Shown: in pieces, positions 61,944 through 64,000 of the stretch
How positions within the stretch are numbered: position 1 is the first letter of the stretch
How the letters are laid out: the number at the start of each line of letters is the position of its first letter
DNA from: Egicoccus sp.
GTDB lineage: Bacteria; Actinomycetota; Nitriliruptoria; Nitriliruptorales; Nitriliruptoraceae
NCBI GenBank assembly: GCA_035462025.1
Contig: DATHUR010000130.1
Location: 1,575-65,574, forward strand
Direction of reading: 5' to 3'
Length of the DNA stretch: 64,000 bases
Program-made: the position numbers and the translations under genes
The notes under the pieces: model-generated
What the model saw: the letters and a program-made list of their open reading frames with translations, nothing else
Told to the model about the DNA's origin: nothing
Database searches by the model: none

Positions 61944-63595
61944 CGGCCTACCCGACCGGTCCTCCCCCCGGGGCCCACCCGACCGATCCTCCCCCCGGGG
62001 CCCACCCGACCGATCAGGTCCTGTTGCGGGCCTACGACGGGCTCGTCCTGTCGTCGCACGCCGCGGCCGAGATCGCGGCCGGCGAGGTGCCCGGAGTGAC
62101 CCTGTACCGCCACCACAACGTGGACACGGCTGCGCAGGTGCGCGCGCTGACCGGGGCCATGCAGGCGGCCCGCCCCGCCGGCACCCCGCCGCTGCTGATC
62201 GCCATCGACCAGGAGGGTGGACAGCTGCTCGGGCTGGGCGAGGACAGCACGCCGTTCGCCGGCAACCATGCTCTGGGCGCGGTCGGCGACCCCGAGCTGG
62301 CCGAGCGGGTCGGCGCCGCGATCGGCCGCGAGTGCGCCGCGTGCGGGGTCAACGTGCTGTTCGCGCCGGTCTGCGACCTGCTGACCGAACCCAACAGCCC
62401 CGGATTCGGGATCCGTTCCTTCGGTGACGACCCCGAACGCGCCGGACCGCTGGCCGCCGCCTTCGTGCGCGGCGTGCAGTCGGTCGGCGTCGCCGCCACG
62501 CTCAAGCACTTCCCGGGGGCCGGCGCCATCGCGGTCGACACCCACCACGACCTCGCCGCCGTCGACGCCGCGCGCGCCCTGCTCGACGCCCGCGAACTGG
62601 CCGTGTTCCGCACCGCGCTGGCGGCCCAGCCGGACCTGGTGATGTCGGGCCACTTCGCGGTCCCGGCCCTGACCGGACGCGCCGACCTGCCCGCCACGTT
62701 GGCGGGCGAGGTGATGCGCGATCTGTTGCGCGGCGAACTCGGGTTCGAAGGCGTCACGATCACCGACGCACTCGACATGAAGGCGCTGTCGCAGGGCATG
62801 GGCCAGGTCGTCGACGCCCTCGCCGCGTTGCAGGCCGGGGTCGACCTGCTGCTGTGCGGCCTCGACGAACCGGCGAATGCCCGCCTGCGTGACGGGCTGC
62901 GGCTGGCCTGGCAACGGCGCCTGCCCGACGCTGACGCGCTGGCGGGCTCGGTCCGCCGGATCGACGGGCTGCGCCGCCGCCTCACCGCGGTGGAGCCCCG
63001 GCCGCTCGACGTCGTCGGTGGCGCCGAGCACCGCGAACTCGCCGACGAACTCGCCCGTCGCTCGATCACGCTGGTCCGCGACGACGCGGGCCTGTTGCCG
63101 CTGGACGTGCGGGACGGTGCGACGGTGCTGGTCGTCGAGCCCCGGCCCAGGGACCTGACACCGGCGGACACGACCTCGTTCGTCCACGCGTCACTCGCCG
63201 TGGCGCTCGGCGAACGGTTACCGGGCGTGCGAAGCCTCGTCGTGGACGATCCGTCGGATCGTTGGGCGGCCGCCGCTGTCGTCGAGGCGGCGCGGAGGGC
63301 CGACCTCGTCGTGCTCGGCACCAGTGCGGCGAGCCTCGAACCCGCCCAGGCCGACCTCGCGCGGGCGGTCGCGGCCGCGGGGTCACCCGTCGTCGGTGTC
63401 GCGCTGCGCACCGTCGCCGACCTCGCGGTGCTCGCGGACGTGCCGACCGTGCTGTGCGCCTACGGCGTCCACCGGCCGACCATCGAGGCGCTCGTCGACG
63501 TGCTCCTCGGCGAACGTGGCGCGACAGGACGGCTCCCCGTCACCGTGCCGGCCGGGGCCGGCCACGTCGAACCCGCCGCACGGCCGGGCCGATGA
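61940..63595 (+). CDS. glycoside hydrolase family 3 (NagZ-like beta-N-acetylhexosaminidase)
   Basis: ATGA overlap. IAIDQEGG, KHFPGAG, GFEGVTITDALDM. Confidence 0.82.
   Translation: MTAYPTGPPPGAHPTDPPPGAHPTDQVLLRAYDGLVLSSHAAAEIAAGEVPGVTLYRHHNVDTAAQVRALTGAMQAARPAGTPPLLIAIDQEGGQLLGLGEDSTPFAGNHALGAVGDPELAERVGAAIGRECAACGVNVLFAPVCDLLTEPNSPGFGIRSFGDDPERAGPLAAAFVRGVQSVGVAATLKHFPGAGAIAVDTHHDLAAVDAARALLDARELAVFRTALAAQPDLVMSGHFAVPALTGRADLPATLAGEVMRDLLRGELGFEGVTITDALDMKALSQGMGQVVDALAALQAGVDLLLCGLDEPANARLRDGLRLAWQRRLPDADALAGSVRRIDGLRRRLTAVEPRPLDVVGGAEHRELADELARRSITLVRDDAGLLPLDVRDGATVLVVEPRPRDLTPADTTSFVHASLAVALGERLPGVRSLVVDDPSDRWAAAAVVEAARRADLVVLGTSAASLEPAQADLARAVAAAGSPVVGVALRTVADLAVLADVPTVLCAYGVHRPTIEALVDVLLGERGATGRLPVTVPAGAGHVEPAARPGR
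61951..62015 (+). repeat. 27-bp tandem repeat (2.4 copies) at the 5' end of the GH3 gene
   Basis: cccgaccgRtcctccccccggggccca at 61951..61977 and 61978..62004, then 11 nt of a third copy. Encodes P(T)GPPPGAHPTD x2. Confidence 0.85.
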
Positions 63596-64000
63596 CCGCC
63601 ACCGCCCTTCGCTTCACCGGCGGTCGGCTGGCGCTGCCCGACGGGCCTGCGGTCGGTGACCTGGTGCTGCGCGACGGCCGCGTCGCGAGCGTGGCTGCCG
63701 CGAGCACGTCCGCGGCGGACGAGTCGGTGGTCGGCGTCGAGGGGCTGCTGGTGGCTCCGGGCTTCGTCGACATGCAGGTCAACGGGGGGCACGGCATCGA
63801 CCTGACCTCGGAACTCGGCGACCACCCCGAGCGACTGCGGGCGCTGGCCCGTCACCTGCCGGCCCAGGGGGTCACGGCGTTCGTCCCCACCATCGTCTCG
63901 GCCCCGCGCGAGGCGGTGACCGCGGCGTTGCGTGCCCTCCGGGCGGCACCCGGCGATCACCTCGGTGCCGTGCCACTCGGCGTCCACGCCGAGGGTCCCA
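63592..64000 (+). CDS. nagA: N-acetylglucosamine-6-phosphate deacetylase, 3' end outside window
   Basis: Own translation: MTATALRFTGGRLALPDG...LVAPGFVDMQVNGGHGIDL...GVHAEGP. ATGA overlap with the GH3 stop. Not in the ORF track because no stop falls within the window. Confidence 0.75.
   Translation, partial: MTATALRFTGGRLALPDGPAVGDLVLRDGRVASVAAASTSAADESVVGVEGLLVAPGFVDMQVNGGHGIDLTSELGDHPERLRALARHLPAQGVTAFVPTIVSAPREAVTAALRALRAAPGDHLGAVPLGVHAEGP

Overview
Very GC-rich, densely coding chromosomal segment with an actinobacterial gene repertoire: about 60 protein genes on both strands, many coupled by ATGA/GTGA/TGATG overlaps. I recognised no rRNA, tRNA or CRISPR array. Recognisable blocks, in order: (1) EEP nuclease, DM13 protein and family-5 uracil-DNA glycosylase. 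(2) A compact operon of a chymotrypsin-fold protease, a small paralog of its N-terminal domain, and selD, closed by a perfect 15-bp hairpin. (3) A secreted S8 peptidase, and a PPOX(F420)-GMC oxidoreductase pair. (4) The mycobacterial-type mec / cysO-cysM / MBL-rph-rdgB syntenic block, here broken into pieces. About 7.4 kb separates mec from cysO (ABC exporter, YcaQ-type glycosylase, malic enzyme, topoisomerase IB), and a secreted S1 protease sits between MBL and rph. (5) Two HNH-endonuclease genes (one DUF222/REP13E12-like) bracketed by a 10-bp direct repeat. (6) An envelope-stress-like module: htrA divergent from an OmpR-type two-component pair plus an M23 peptidase. (7) A solute-binding protein co-oriented with a NarL-class histidine kinase whose 3' end overlaps its convergent response regulator by 165 nt. 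(8) The NAGGN osmoprotectant genes (asnO-like, ngg, M42 peptidase), split by about 4.7 kb and carrying an extra uncharacterised membrane gene. (9) A ROK-regulated GlcNAc/chito-oligosaccharide uptake cluster ending in a truncated nagA. The leads I consider most worth following are the protease/prodomain-paralog/selD operon, the membrane gene coupled to ngg, the repeat-flanked single-gene or two-gene insertions, a DapA-like protein lacking the catalytic lysine, and a pair of C-rich-loop hairpins downstream of htrA. All calls rest on reading the ORF translations and the sequence by eye. No database search was run.
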